Position numbers and translations under genes: made by a program
Assembly (NCBI GenBank): GCA_037916615.1
Contig: JBAIXM010000051.1
Location: 10,228 to 74,227, forward strand
Length of the DNA stretch: 64,000 bases
From: Bryobacterales bacterium
Lineage (GTDB): Bacteria > Acidobacteriota > Terriglobia > Bryobacterales > Bryobacteraceae
Reading direction: 5' to 3'
The notes under the pieces: model-generated
What the model was told of the DNA's origin: nothing
The model's database searches: none
What the model saw: the letters and a program-made list of their open reading frames with translations, nothing else
Shown: positions 45,624 through 53,439 of the stretch, piece after piece
Layout of the letters: each line of letters opens with the position of its first letter
Position numbering within the stretch: the first letter of the stretch is position 1

Positions 45624-46160
45624 ATGACGTTCCACACGTTCCTGTTTCGGAGAAAGGCGGTGTTCCGGTATCCGATGGACCCGGCTCCGCGTACGGCCGT
45701 GCTAGCGGCCTGCTTCCGTCAGCCTGGGTTCGGGCCGAACTCCGCGGTCCGCATATTTCCGCAGGGCTGGTCGGAGGCGGTTTCGGCGTTCGCCCCCCAG
45801 GCCGTGGCTGCATCGCGCGAGGAATTATTGGGGCTGGCGGCGGTCGAAACCCCACCGGTGTTCACGCGGGCGGTGGTGGCGCTGGAGAATCCGGGCGATC
45901 CCATGTTGTCGATGGAAGAGCGCCAGCGTCTGTGGGGCGTATTCAGGGTGCCCGTGTTCGAGCAGATCATTGGGCCACGGGGGGAACTGCTCGCGGCCGA
46001 ATGCGAGGCGCATGACGGAATGCACATCGAGGCCCCGGAAATCGCCTGGGAGGGTTATCGGGTGGAACTCGCTCCTTGCGGTTGCGGCCGGAAAACTCCG
46101 CGGCTGACGCATTTCGATGCCGGTGAGCGTTTGCGCACTGCGGCGGCTTACGCCAGATGA
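45624..46160 (+). CDS. hypothetical protein; weak resemblance to the central/C-terminal part of PaaK/CapK-type adenylate-forming enzymes
   Basis: 178 aa. VFRVPVFEQIIGPRGELLAAECEAHDGMHIE and CGCGRKTPRL are reminiscent of PaaK-like ligases, but I saw no P-loop/AMP motif. Confidence 0.35.
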   Translation: MTFHTFLFRRKAVFRYPMDPAPRTAVLAACFRQPGFGPNSAVRIFPQGWSEAVSAFAPQAVAASREELLGLAAVETPPVFTRAVVALENPGDPMLSMEERQRLWGVFRVPVFEQIIGPRGELLAAECEAHDGMHIEAPEIAWEGYRVELAPCGCGRKTPRLTHFDAGERLRTAAAYAR

Positions 46161-46180
46161 GCCGATATAATGGACATCGT

Positions 46181-46267
46181 GCGAACGTGGCGGAACTGGC
46201 AGACGCACTGGATTTAGGTTCCAGCGCCCGCGAGGGCATGGGAGTTCGACCCTCCCCGTTCGCACCA
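46181..46267 (+). tRNA. tRNA-Leu (anticodon UAG), CCA encoded
   Basis: Acceptor GCGAACG/CGTTCGC. D-arm GCGGAACTGGCAGACGC. Anticodon stem CTGGA/TCCAG with loop TTTAGGT (anticodon TAG). Long variable arm GCCCGCGAGGGCA. T-arm GGGAG-TTCGACC-CTCCC. Discriminator A followed by CCA. Confidence 0.9.
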
Positions 46268-46288
46268 CCGAATCCCTGCCAACCCGGG

Positions 46289-47128
46289 CTATTTGGCAAC
46301 CAGATGAGAACGGTCCCTCTCGTTTTCATTACAGAAAAACTCGAACAAGTCCGTATCCGGCTGAAGAAGCTGCATGACACGAAACTTGATCGGCCGCGTG
46401 TACATCTTCGGATCATCCAGAGTAATTTCCAACTCCAAGTGTCCGAAATCGGGGCGGCGGTAACGCTCCGTAACATGCAGCCCTTCGCTGTGGGAATGTC
46501 CCGCCAGGTCGAGCCACGATTTATCATTGAATCCCGACGTCTCCACAACCAGCGTGTCTCCTTCCCAATGTCCGGCGGAGTAGCCCAGCCACGTGGGCTC
46601 CGCATCGGCCGGCACTTTCCGCGAATCCAGATAGATCTGGCGAAACGTGTTGTCCGCCTCATACATCGCCACAATCAGCCCGGGAGTCTGCACCATCTTG
46701 AAGACCTCCGTCAGCAGGCTGGCCAGAGGGATGCCGTGCGGCAAACAGCGGGAGGAAGGATTGTCGCGGATCCCGCTTGCCAGGCGCGCCTTGCGGATCG
46801 CTGCTGCCTCGGGCCGCTCCGGCACTTCCTCCGGTTTCATATCGACGAACAGATTCGTCGCGTACTTCGAAATCGTGTCCTGCCCCATGCCGAGCGTTCC
46901 GGTAATGCCGACATCCGGGCCCGCGAGGCGCCTCCACTCCTCCATGGTTGTGGCCTGCACGTGCCACACTCCGCTGAGGTCCGGCTTCCCGTTCGACGCC
47001 CGCGGAGCTTTCGCCGAGAGGTCTACCGTGCCATCTTTGTTTCGGGGAACGCCCTCCCAGCGGTGATTCACCCACTGAGCCTGCGCAACCGTAGATACTG
47101 CGATAAACAGAAGAGCGATCCGTCGCAT
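46289..47128 (-). CDS. uncharacterised secreted two-Cys protein, paralog A
   Basis: Signal peptide MRRIALLFIAVSTVAQAQ. Shares NGKPDLSGVW, FRQIYLDSRKVPADAEPTWLGYSAGHWEGDTLVVETSGFNDKSWLD and ERYRRPDFGHLELEITLDDPKMYTRP with 47951..48766 and 49286..50101. Confidence 0.8.
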   Translation of the reverse strand: MRRIALLFIAVSTVAQAQWVNHRWEGVPRNKDGTVDLSAKAPRASNGKPDLSGVWHVQATTMEEWRRLAGPDVGITGTLGMGQDTISKYATNLFVDMKPEEVPERPEAAAIRKARLASGIRDNPSSRCLPHGIPLASLLTEVFKMVQTPGLIVAMYEADNTFRQIYLDSRKVPADAEPTWLGYSAGHWEGDTLVVETSGFNDKSWLDLAGHSHSEGLHVTERYRRPDFGHLELEITLDDPKMYTRPIKFRVMQLLQPDTDLFEFFCNENERDRSHLVAK

Positions 47129-47144
47129 TCTCAGCCTTATGTCC

Positions 47145-47918
47145 TCACTTGGCAGGCGGAGCTTGCACTCCCGCGAGCTTCGCTCGAGTAAGCGAATCCT
47201 TGAGAAACGTCGAAGCGCGGGCCTCGTCCAAAAAATCGTTTACGATTTTCAGCTTCAGGCTGTCGCCCTTCCGGACCACGATGTTTTGTTCGAGCATCGT
47301 GAAATTGTCCCGGACCACCCGCAATCCGGGATAGCGGGCGGCGGCTTCCACGAACCGCGCGCGATTCCCTGCGTACGCGTCCAATTGCCCGCCTGCGAAC
47401 ATCTTTAACAATTCCTCGTAAGCCGGCGCGGCTTGCCAGAGGATCATCCTCGCGTTTTTCAAATGCTGCTGCAAATAAATGGTCGGGGAATTTCCGGCGA
47501 CCGCGCCGATTTTAACGCCTGCGCGGTCCGCATCCGCGGCGGTTCGGATCGGAGAACCGGCGGGAACCAGGTACGTGGTCTCCATCAGCAGATACGGACC
47601 CGAAAAATCGACCATTTGGGCCCGTTCCCCCTCCCAGGCGAGAAATCCGATGTCGGCCGCGCCATTACTGAGCCGTTCGATGAGTTCCTTTGAGCCGTTC
47701 GAAGCTGTGATCGTGTAAGGCACTCCGGCGCGGCGAGCCAGTTCCTTGACGATGTCGGCGGCCGGACCGCTGATTGCGCCGGTAGTGGCATCCACGGTCG
47801 CCTGCACCGGATTGCCGGCGAGAAACGTCGCCCGCAGCGTGCCGCTGGGCGCCAGATCGGCGGCCGCGATGGGCAGGGAAACCAGAGCAAATAATAGGAG
47901 CCGGTTGGATTCCCGCAT
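47145..47918 (-). CDS. periplasmic substrate-binding protein (SBP family 3, amino-acid-type)
   Basis: Signal peptide LLLFALVSLPIAAA. ...DIVKELARRAGVPYTI...ADIGFLA...MVDFSGPYL... is typical of polar amino-acid SBPs. No cognate permease or ATPase is adjacent. Confidence 0.75.
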   Translation of the reverse strand: MRESNRLLLFALVSLPIAAADLAPSGTLRATFLAGNPVQATVDATTGAISGPAADIVKELARRAGVPYTITASNGSKELIERLSNGAADIGFLAWEGERAQMVDFSGPYLLMETTYLVPAGSPIRTAADADRAGVKIGAVAGNSPTIYLQQHLKNARMILWQAAPAYEELLKMFAGGQLDAYAGNRARFVEAAARYPGLRVVRDNFTMLEQNIVVRKGDSLKLKIVNDFLDEARASTFLKDSLTRAKLAGVQAPPAK

Positions 47919-47950
47919 GCGCCCATTATAGATGCGCCGCACCGAACGAA

Positions 47951-48766
47951 TTACGGACGGCTCGGTGGTCCGCTCAGGTGCTTGGTGTCCTTCTCGTTTT
48001 CCTGGCAGACATACTCCATCAACTCATCGTGCAGCAGCAGGCGATGCGTCCCCGACACCGTAAACGGCCGGGTGTACGCGCCAGGATCGTCGATGGTCAC
48101 CTCCTCGATCAGCGTGCCCAACCCGGGCCGGCGATATCGCTCCAGCGTGTGGAGCTGTTCGGTGTGCGGGTGGCCGAGGAAATCGAACCAGAACTTGTCG
48201 TTGAATGCGACTGTATCCACGATCAAGGTATCGCCCTCGCGCCATCCGACCGAGTGCCCGTACCAGCTCGGATCCGGATCGGCAGGGTGCTTGCGGCCAT
48301 CCATGAATATTTGGCGATAGCTGTGAATGTTCCCCTCAAAGAGAAAGAACATGTGCGTCGCGGTTTCGACGATCCTCCACGGATACGGCGCCAGGCGCGG
48401 CACTCCGGTCGGCAGGCAGTTGGCCTCCGGATCGTCTTTGGACGACCGGGCCTTCATCACCTGCGCTGCCTCCGGGCGCAAAGGCAGCGTCTCGCCGCTC
48501 TTGAGTCCGAGTGAGATGTCCTCGATCAGGAAGACGTCGGCTGGCCGCCACAATCCGGAGAAATCCACGCGCCCGTCCGCCAACCGCGGCGCAGGACCGG
48601 GAGGCGCTGCGGCCAGGGGATTCAGGTTCGCGAACGAGTTCGCGTTACCGGCTTTCGACGGAAGTTCGGCGGCCGCCGGCGCCTGGGCCGCTGCGGGCAT
48701 TCCCGCGCCAAGCCAGATCGCGCCCCAGGCCGTAACCGCCGCAATGCGACCGAGGGCGCGCTTCAT
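47951..48766 (-). CDS. uncharacterised secreted two-Cys protein, paralog B
   Basis: Signal peptide ...WLGAGMPAAAQA. DGRVDFSGLW, YRQIFMDGRKHPADPDPSWYGHSVGWREGDTLIVDTVAFNDKFWFD, ERYRRPGLGTLIEEVTIDDPGAYTRP. Confidence 0.8.
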   Translation of the reverse strand: MKRALGRIAAVTAWGAIWLGAGMPAAAQAPAAAELPSKAGNANSFANLNPLAAAPPGPAPRLADGRVDFSGLWRPADVFLIEDISLGLKSGETLPLRPEAAQVMKARSSKDDPEANCLPTGVPRLAPYPWRIVETATHMFFLFEGNIHSYRQIFMDGRKHPADPDPSWYGHSVGWREGDTLIVDTVAFNDKFWFDFLGHPHTEQLHTLERYRRPGLGTLIEEVTIDDPGAYTRPFTVSGTHRLLLHDELMEYVCQENEKDTKHLSGPPSRP

Positions 48767-48842
48767 CCTAGTCCGGCATTATAGCGGCGATCGTGTTCGA
48801 ATGCAGCCCGAGCGCCGGTCATGTTAGTTTTACGGCTAGAGG

Positions 48843-49274
48843 GTGCCTATGATCCGACGATGCTCAGCCTGCGGCGCCGGCAACCGCGTTCCGGCGAAAC
48901 ACCTGTCCGATACCGGCCGCTGCGGATCGTGCAAAGCCACGTTGCCGCCGGTATCCGAACCCATCGAAGTGGATACTGCGGCATTCACGGAAATCACCCG
49001 CGAAGCAAAGGTGCCCGTGTTAGTGGACTTCTGGGCGGATTGGTGCCAGCCCTGCCGGATGGCCGCGCCGGAAGTGCATGCGCTCGCCCGCGAGGTGGCC
49101 GGACGGGGCCTGGTCCTGAAGGTCAACACCGAGGAGTCGCCGACCTTGGCCGCGAAGTTCCGCGTTCAATCGATTCCGTATTTCGTGCTCCTGCGCGGGG
49201 GCATCATTATCGCGGAACGCGTGGGGCTTGTTCCGCGCGCCGAAATGCGCCGGTGGTTCGCCACAGCCGCGTGA
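48843..49274 (+). CDS. trxC: thioredoxin with N-terminal zinc-finger (TrxC/Trx2-like)
   Basis: CSACGAGNRV...CGSCKATL (2x CxxC) followed by a thioredoxin fold with active site WADWCQPCR. GTG 48843 or ATG 48849. Confidence 0.88.
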   Translation: MPMIRRCSACGAGNRVPAKHLSDTGRCGSCKATLPPVSEPIEVDTAAFTEITREAKVPVLVDFWADWCQPCRMAAPEVHALAREVAGRGLVLKVNTEESPTLAAKFRVQSIPYFVLLRGGIIIAERVGLVPRAEMRRWFATAA

Positions 49275-49285
49275 GCCTCTCCCAA

Positions 49286-50101
49286 ATGCATCGATCCTAC
49301 GCAGCACTTTTAACGCTCGGCTTCGCAGCCGTGTGCACGCCGTTGACCGCCCAATGGTCGAACTATCCGACTGCGGGACTGCCTCGAAAACCGGACGGCA
49401 GCGTGAATCTGTCCGCCGCCGCGCCGCGCTTGGCCGACGGCAAGCCCGACTTCTCCGGATTCTGGACCAGCGACGAAGTCGATCCGCGCCGTCCGGACGT
49501 ACCGCCAAATCCCCATGACGCGACCACCTCGCGCCGCATGATCAATCTGGGTGTCGAGCTTTCCGGAGGCTTGCCGTATCAGCCGTGGCTGGCGTCGCTG
49601 GTGAAAAAGCGCACGGCCAACCAGGCCAAAGACGATCCGCACATCCGCTGCATGTCCGACAATTTCCTGCGCGCCTACGGGATGCCGCACCTGCTGAAGT
49701 TCGTCGCCACGCCGAATCTTTTGGTGGTGCTGAACGAATGGAACGCCTCGTTCCGCCAGATATTCACGGACGGACGCCCCCTGCCCGCAGATCCGAATCC
49801 GTCCCTGCAGGGATATTCGTCGGCGAAATGGTCCGGCGATTCGCTGGTGATCGATACGATCGGATTTCGCGACGACACCTGGATCGATTGGAACGGCAGT
49901 GTCATCACCGAGGCAGCCAAAGTCCGGGAGCAGATGCGCCGTCCGGATCTCGGGCACCTGGAAGTACAGGTCACGGTTGACGATCCCAAGGCGTACACAA
50001 AGCCGTGGGCCGTCTCAATCAAGGAGCGCCTTATCGTCGATACCGAACTGATCGATGAAATCTGCCTGGAAGGCGAGCAGTCCCTGAAGCACATGAAGTG
50101 A
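49286..50101 (+). CDS. uncharacterised secreted two-Cys protein, paralog C
   Basis: Real start ATG 49286 (MHRSYAALLTLGFAAVCTPLTAQ). DGKPDFSGFW, FRQIFTDGRPLPADPNPSLQGYSSAKWSGDSLVIDTIGFRDDTWID, MRRPDLGHLEVQVTVDDPKAYTKP. The track ORF 48821..50101 is a false extension overlapping trxC. Confidence 0.8.
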   Translation: MHRSYAALLTLGFAAVCTPLTAQWSNYPTAGLPRKPDGSVNLSAAAPRLADGKPDFSGFWTSDEVDPRRPDVPPNPHDATTSRRMINLGVELSGGLPYQPWLASLVKKRTANQAKDDPHIRCMSDNFLRAYGMPHLLKFVATPNLLVVLNEWNASFRQIFTDGRPLPADPNPSLQGYSSAKWSGDSLVIDTIGFRDDTWIDWNGSVITEAAKVREQMRRPDLGHLEVQVTVDDPKAYTKPWAVSIKERLIVDTELIDEICLEGEQSLKHMK

Positions 50102-50104
50102 CCT

Positions 50105-51418
50105 GTGGCTGAGCCCGCCCTGAATCCGATTCTCGCTGCCCGATCGCAAGGCGCGCAGCCGACGCGCGTCCGCTACTGGGTTTTGGTTTTCACGGTCACT
50201 CTGGCTGTGATCACCTACATCGACCGCGTCGCGATTTCCTTCGCATTGCCCTACATCGGAACCGACCTCGGCCTCGATTCGGTGCGAAAAGGCTGGGTGC
50301 TGACGGCGTTCGCGCTGGCGTATTCCATCTTCGAAATCCCCGGAGGATTCCTGGGCGACTGGATGGGCCCGCGCCGGGTGATTTTGCGCATCGTCCTGTG
50401 GTGGTCGTTTTTCACCGCGGCCACAGGTTGGGCCTGGAATTTCGTATCGCTGGTGACCGCGCGATTCCTTTTCGGCGCGGGCGAAGCGGGCTGCTTCCCC
50501 AATCTCACCAAGATGTTCACTGTGTGGCTTCCGGGTCACGAGCGGGTGCGAGCCCAGGGTTTGATGTGGATGAGCGCGCGCTGGGGCGGGGCATTTACGC
50601 CACCGCTGGCGGCGGCCGTGATCACCTGGATTGGCTGGCGCCATGCATTCGCGGCTTTCGGGATTCTCGGGCTGATCTGGGCCCTGGCGTTCTTCCTTTG
50701 GTATCGCGACAACCCGCTCGACAATCCCAAACTGAACGAGGCCGAACGCGAATTGTTGCGCCATACTCACGCACCTTCGGGTCACTCCGATGCACCGTGG
50801 GGGAAATTAATCCGCTCGGGGCGCGTGTGGCTGCTGTGCTGGCAATATTTCTTCCTTTCCTACGGCTGGTACTTCAACATCACCTGGCTGCCGACCTATC
50901 TGCGGGAAGCCCGCGGAATGGACGTGGCGCAGGCGGCGCTGTTTGGCGTGCTTCCTCTCTTCCTGGGAGGACTCGGAAACCCGGTGAGCGTCTTTATCAG
51001 CGAGCGGCTTCTCCCCTGGACGCGCAGTGTCGATCGAACGCGCCGGATCGTCGCCAGCGTCGGGTACGCGGGAGCTTGCGGGTTCCTGCTGCTGACCACG
51101 CACATGCAGGATGCCCGCGCCGCGCTCCTTTGCATCGCGTTAGCCAGCTTTTCCAATGACTTGGCGATGCCGCCCTCGTGGGCGGCGACCATGGATATGG
51201 GCGGCCGCTATGCCGGAACGCTATCCGGCGCCATGAACAGTTGGGGCAACCTGGGCGGAGCCGTTGCGCCGGCGGTGATCGGTTATGTGCTGGCGTGGAC
51301 CCAGAACAACTGGAACATCGCCTTCTATATCTCTGCGGTTTTGTACGCGGCGGCGATTCCTTGCTGGATTTTCCTGGATTCGGTAACCCCGCTCCAGGCT
51401 GAATCGCCCTCCAGGTAA
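50105..51418 (+). CDS. MFS transporter (anion:cation symporter-like)
   Basis: 437 aa, 12 TM segments, starts 3 nt after paralog C. FEIPGGFLGDWMGPRRV loop motif. Confidence 0.88.
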   Translation: MAEPALNPILAARSQGAQPTRVRYWVLVFTVTLAVITYIDRVAISFALPYIGTDLGLDSVRKGWVLTAFALAYSIFEIPGGFLGDWMGPRRVILRIVLWWSFFTAATGWAWNFVSLVTARFLFGAGEAGCFPNLTKMFTVWLPGHERVRAQGLMWMSARWGGAFTPPLAAAVITWIGWRHAFAAFGILGLIWALAFFLWYRDNPLDNPKLNEAERELLRHTHAPSGHSDAPWGKLIRSGRVWLLCWQYFFLSYGWYFNITWLPTYLREARGMDVAQAALFGVLPLFLGGLGNPVSVFISERLLPWTRSVDRTRRIVASVGYAGACGFLLLTTHMQDARAALLCIALASFSNDLAMPPSWAATMDMGGRYAGTLSGAMNSWGNLGGAVAPAVIGYVLAWTQNNWNIAFYISAVLYAAAIPCWIFLDSVTPLQAESPSR

Positions 51419-51423
51419 GGCTC

Positions 51424-51452
51424 TTGACCCCTAACCCAACGGCGTGTATGCT
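51424..51452 (+). promoter_or_regulatory. sigma70-like promoter candidate
   Basis: TTGACC (51424-51429), 17-nt spacer, TATGCT (51447-51452), about 60 nt upstream of ATG 51512. Confidence 0.45.
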
Positions 51453-51511
51453 ACAAAGTTAGGCGGGCTCGTGCCTGCTCAAATATCCAGGTGGATGGAG
51501 GTTGTTTGCCA

Positions 51512-51931
51512 ATGAAGGCTAAATTGCTTGCGGTTATGGTTGCGGGACTCGGACTTCTTGTGTGCACTGTGCCTATGTTGGCGCACCACTCGTTTGCCGC
51601 CGAATACGATTCGGCCAAGCCGGTGACGCTTACCGGAACGGTCACGAACGTCGAGTGGATGAATCCGCATGCTCGTTTCTATATCGATGTGAAGGATGAG
51701 AAGGGCGAAGTTACCAACTGGGAGCTCGAGCTCGGAAGCCCCAATGGCCTGATGCGCCAGGGTTGGACCCGCAATTCTCTGAAGAAGGGCGATACGGTCA
51801 CGGTTGCCGGTTCGCTGGCGAAGGACGGCTCCAAGCTGGCCAATGCCCGCACGGTGAAGCTCGCCGACGGCCGTCAAGTGTTCGCTGGTTCCGCTGAGGA
51901 AACCGGTCGGGCCAAAGGTAAGGAACAGTAG
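51512..51931 (+). CDS. DUF6152-like small secreted protein
   Basis: Signal peptide MKAKLLAVMVAGLGLLVCTVPMLA, then HHSFAAEYD...LTGTVTNVEWMNPHARFYIDV...WELELGSPNGLMRQGW...LKKGDTVTV. The family name is from memory. Confidence 0.65.
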   Translation: MKAKLLAVMVAGLGLLVCTVPMLAHHSFAAEYDSAKPVTLTGTVTNVEWMNPHARFYIDVKDEKGEVTNWELELGSPNGLMRQGWTRNSLKKGDTVTVAGSLAKDGSKLANARTVKLADGRQVFAGSAEETGRAKGKEQ

Positions 51932-51960
51932 TCGTCAGGTAAGTTTTCCCAGACAACCTC

Positions 51961-52016
51961 CGCAGGATGAGCGCTGGCGAATGGATCGGCACTCATCCTG
52001 CGTTTAATTGTTTTCA
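51961..52016 (+). terminator. rho-independent terminator candidate
   Basis: Perfect 11-bp stem CGCAGGATGAG (51961-51971) / CTCATCCTGCG (51992-52002), 20-nt loop, followed by TTTAATTGTTTT. Confidence 0.65.
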
Positions 52017-52085
52017 GTTCCTTTTGCGTTGGCGGCCAAGGCTTTTACCGCGAATGGCCGCCACGACACCCCGGGAGGATGCGAC

Positions 52086-53291
52086 ATGAAGTTCTGGTCT
52101 AAAGCGACCCTTGCGGCCGCAGGAATGGCGGCGATACTGCTCGGCGGCCTCAGCTTGTCAGGGCAGGCTCCGCAAGGAAAAGCCGCTCCGAAAGGAAAGG
52201 CTGCCCCCGCGCCCGCCGACCAAGGTAAGGCAGCGGCCTCCGGGAAAATCACTGCCGCCCAGTTTTTCAAGAACGTCACCACGCCCACGCTAGGCGCGCT
52301 GACTCCGGACGATTTCATTCTGGCCATGGGAGTCCTGACCGACGATCTCGGCCTGGATTGCGCGGATTGCCATCCTGGCGCCGGATCCGACAAGGCCGAT
52401 TTCGTCATCGACACGCCGCCCAAGCGCACCGCGCGAAGGATGATCGAAATGGTCGGCCAGATCAACAAAACCAACTTCGCGGGTGTGCAGATGGTGACCT
52501 GCTGGACCTGCCATCACGGCCGCGAAACGCCGGCTACCACGATCGCTCTCGAGAATGTCTATAGCAGCCCCAATTCGGAGCGGGACGATGTTCTCAAAGC
52601 CGTTCCGGGCCAGACCGCGAACGCGATCTTCGACAAGTACATCGCCGCCGTTGGCGGCGCCCAACGCCTCAATGGTCTGACAAGCTGGGTCGCTGAGGGA
52701 ATCAGCGTCGGGTACGAGGGACTTGGCGGGAACGGGCAATTCACGATCTACGCGAAGGCTCCTAATCAGCGCACCACGCAGATCTATTTCAAGGATCATC
52801 CGGAGCGCGGGTATAGCACCTGGGCATTCAACGGAACCACAGGCTGGATCCGCACGCCGCGCGCGCTGCTGGGCGAATATGAAGTCATCGGAGAAGGCCA
52901 GGCCGGCACTCGCGTCGAAGCGCAGTTGGCATTCCCCGGAAACATCAAGACCATGTTCAACGGCAACTGGCGGGTCGGGCAATCGGAAAGCATCGGCGAT
53001 CGCGATTTCAATGTAGTGCAGGGCGGCACCGCCCGCGGCGTTCTCGCGACGCTGTACTTCGATACCAAGACGAACCTGCTCTCGCGGATGATTCTGTACA
53101 CGCCGTCTCCGATCGGGCGCGTCCCCACGCAGACCGATTACTCGGATTATCGCGACGTCAACGGGATCAAGTTCCCGTTCGAATACACCTTCCTGTGGCT
53201 CGACGGCCGCTACACCGCGAAAATCAACACCGTGCGGACAAACGTTGCCATCGACGCGTCCAGGTTCGGCAAGCCTTCGGAAGCGAAATAA
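52086..53291 (+). CDS. secreted dihaem c-type cytochrome (reaction-centre cytochrome-c-subunit-like N-domain) fused to a beta-rich C-terminal domain
   Basis: ATG 52086. Signal peptide and a Lys/Ala/Pro linker. Two CxxCH motifs (CADCH, CWTCH in VTCWTCHHGRETP). About 270 aa of C-terminal beta-rich domain of unknown function. Confidence 0.75.
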   Translation: MKFWSKATLAAAGMAAILLGGLSLSGQAPQGKAAPKGKAAPAPADQGKAAASGKITAAQFFKNVTTPTLGALTPDDFILAMGVLTDDLGLDCADCHPGAGSDKADFVIDTPPKRTARRMIEMVGQINKTNFAGVQMVTCWTCHHGRETPATTIALENVYSSPNSERDDVLKAVPGQTANAIFDKYIAAVGGAQRLNGLTSWVAEGISVGYEGLGGNGQFTIYAKAPNQRTTQIYFKDHPERGYSTWAFNGTTGWIRTPRALLGEYEVIGEGQAGTRVEAQLAFPGNIKTMFNGNWRVGQSESIGDRDFNVVQGGTARGVLATLYFDTKTNLLSRMILYTPSPIGRVPTQTDYSDYRDVNGIKFPFEYTFLWLDGRYTAKINTVRTNVAIDASRFGKPSEAK

Positions 53292-53326
53292 CAAATAACA
53301 AATCCCCGGCCCCACTGCCGGGATCA

Positions 53327-53362
53327 AGCCCCGCCTCCTCAGGGCGGGGCTTTTTCCTTTTT
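53327..53362 (+). terminator. rho-independent terminator
   Basis: AGCCCCGCC-tcctcag-GGCGGGGCT followed by TTTTTCCTTTTT. A second small hairpin, CCCGGC-cccact-GCCGGG, precedes it at 53305-53322. Confidence 0.85.
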
Positions 53363-53382
53363 GAAAAACGCGCTGTGCATTG

Positions 53383-53411
53383 TTGAGCCACCAGGCGATG
53401 CCGCGTATAAT
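53383..53411 (+). promoter_or_regulatory. sigma70-like promoter candidate
   Basis: TTGAGC (53383-53388), exactly 17 nt, TATAAT (53406-53411), 28 nt upstream of ATG 53440. Confidence 0.6.
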
Positions 53412-53439
53412 GGCCTGAGACCGAAAGGACACACGCTCT

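Noticed and set aside
40979-47128. Possible integrated mobile element or prophage remnant (ORF6N gene plus a nearby tRNA-Leu as an attachment site)
   Set aside because: No integrase, transposase, recombinase or phage structural gene lies between or around them. The intervening genes are core metabolism (transketolase) and regulators. I saw no direct repeat of the tRNA 3' end. Only a lone decayed ORF6N gene can be supported.
48821-49285. N-terminal 155 codons of track ORF 48821..50101
   Set aside because: It overlaps the clearly real trxC-like gene in another frame. The paralog alignment and signal peptide place the true start at ATG 49286.
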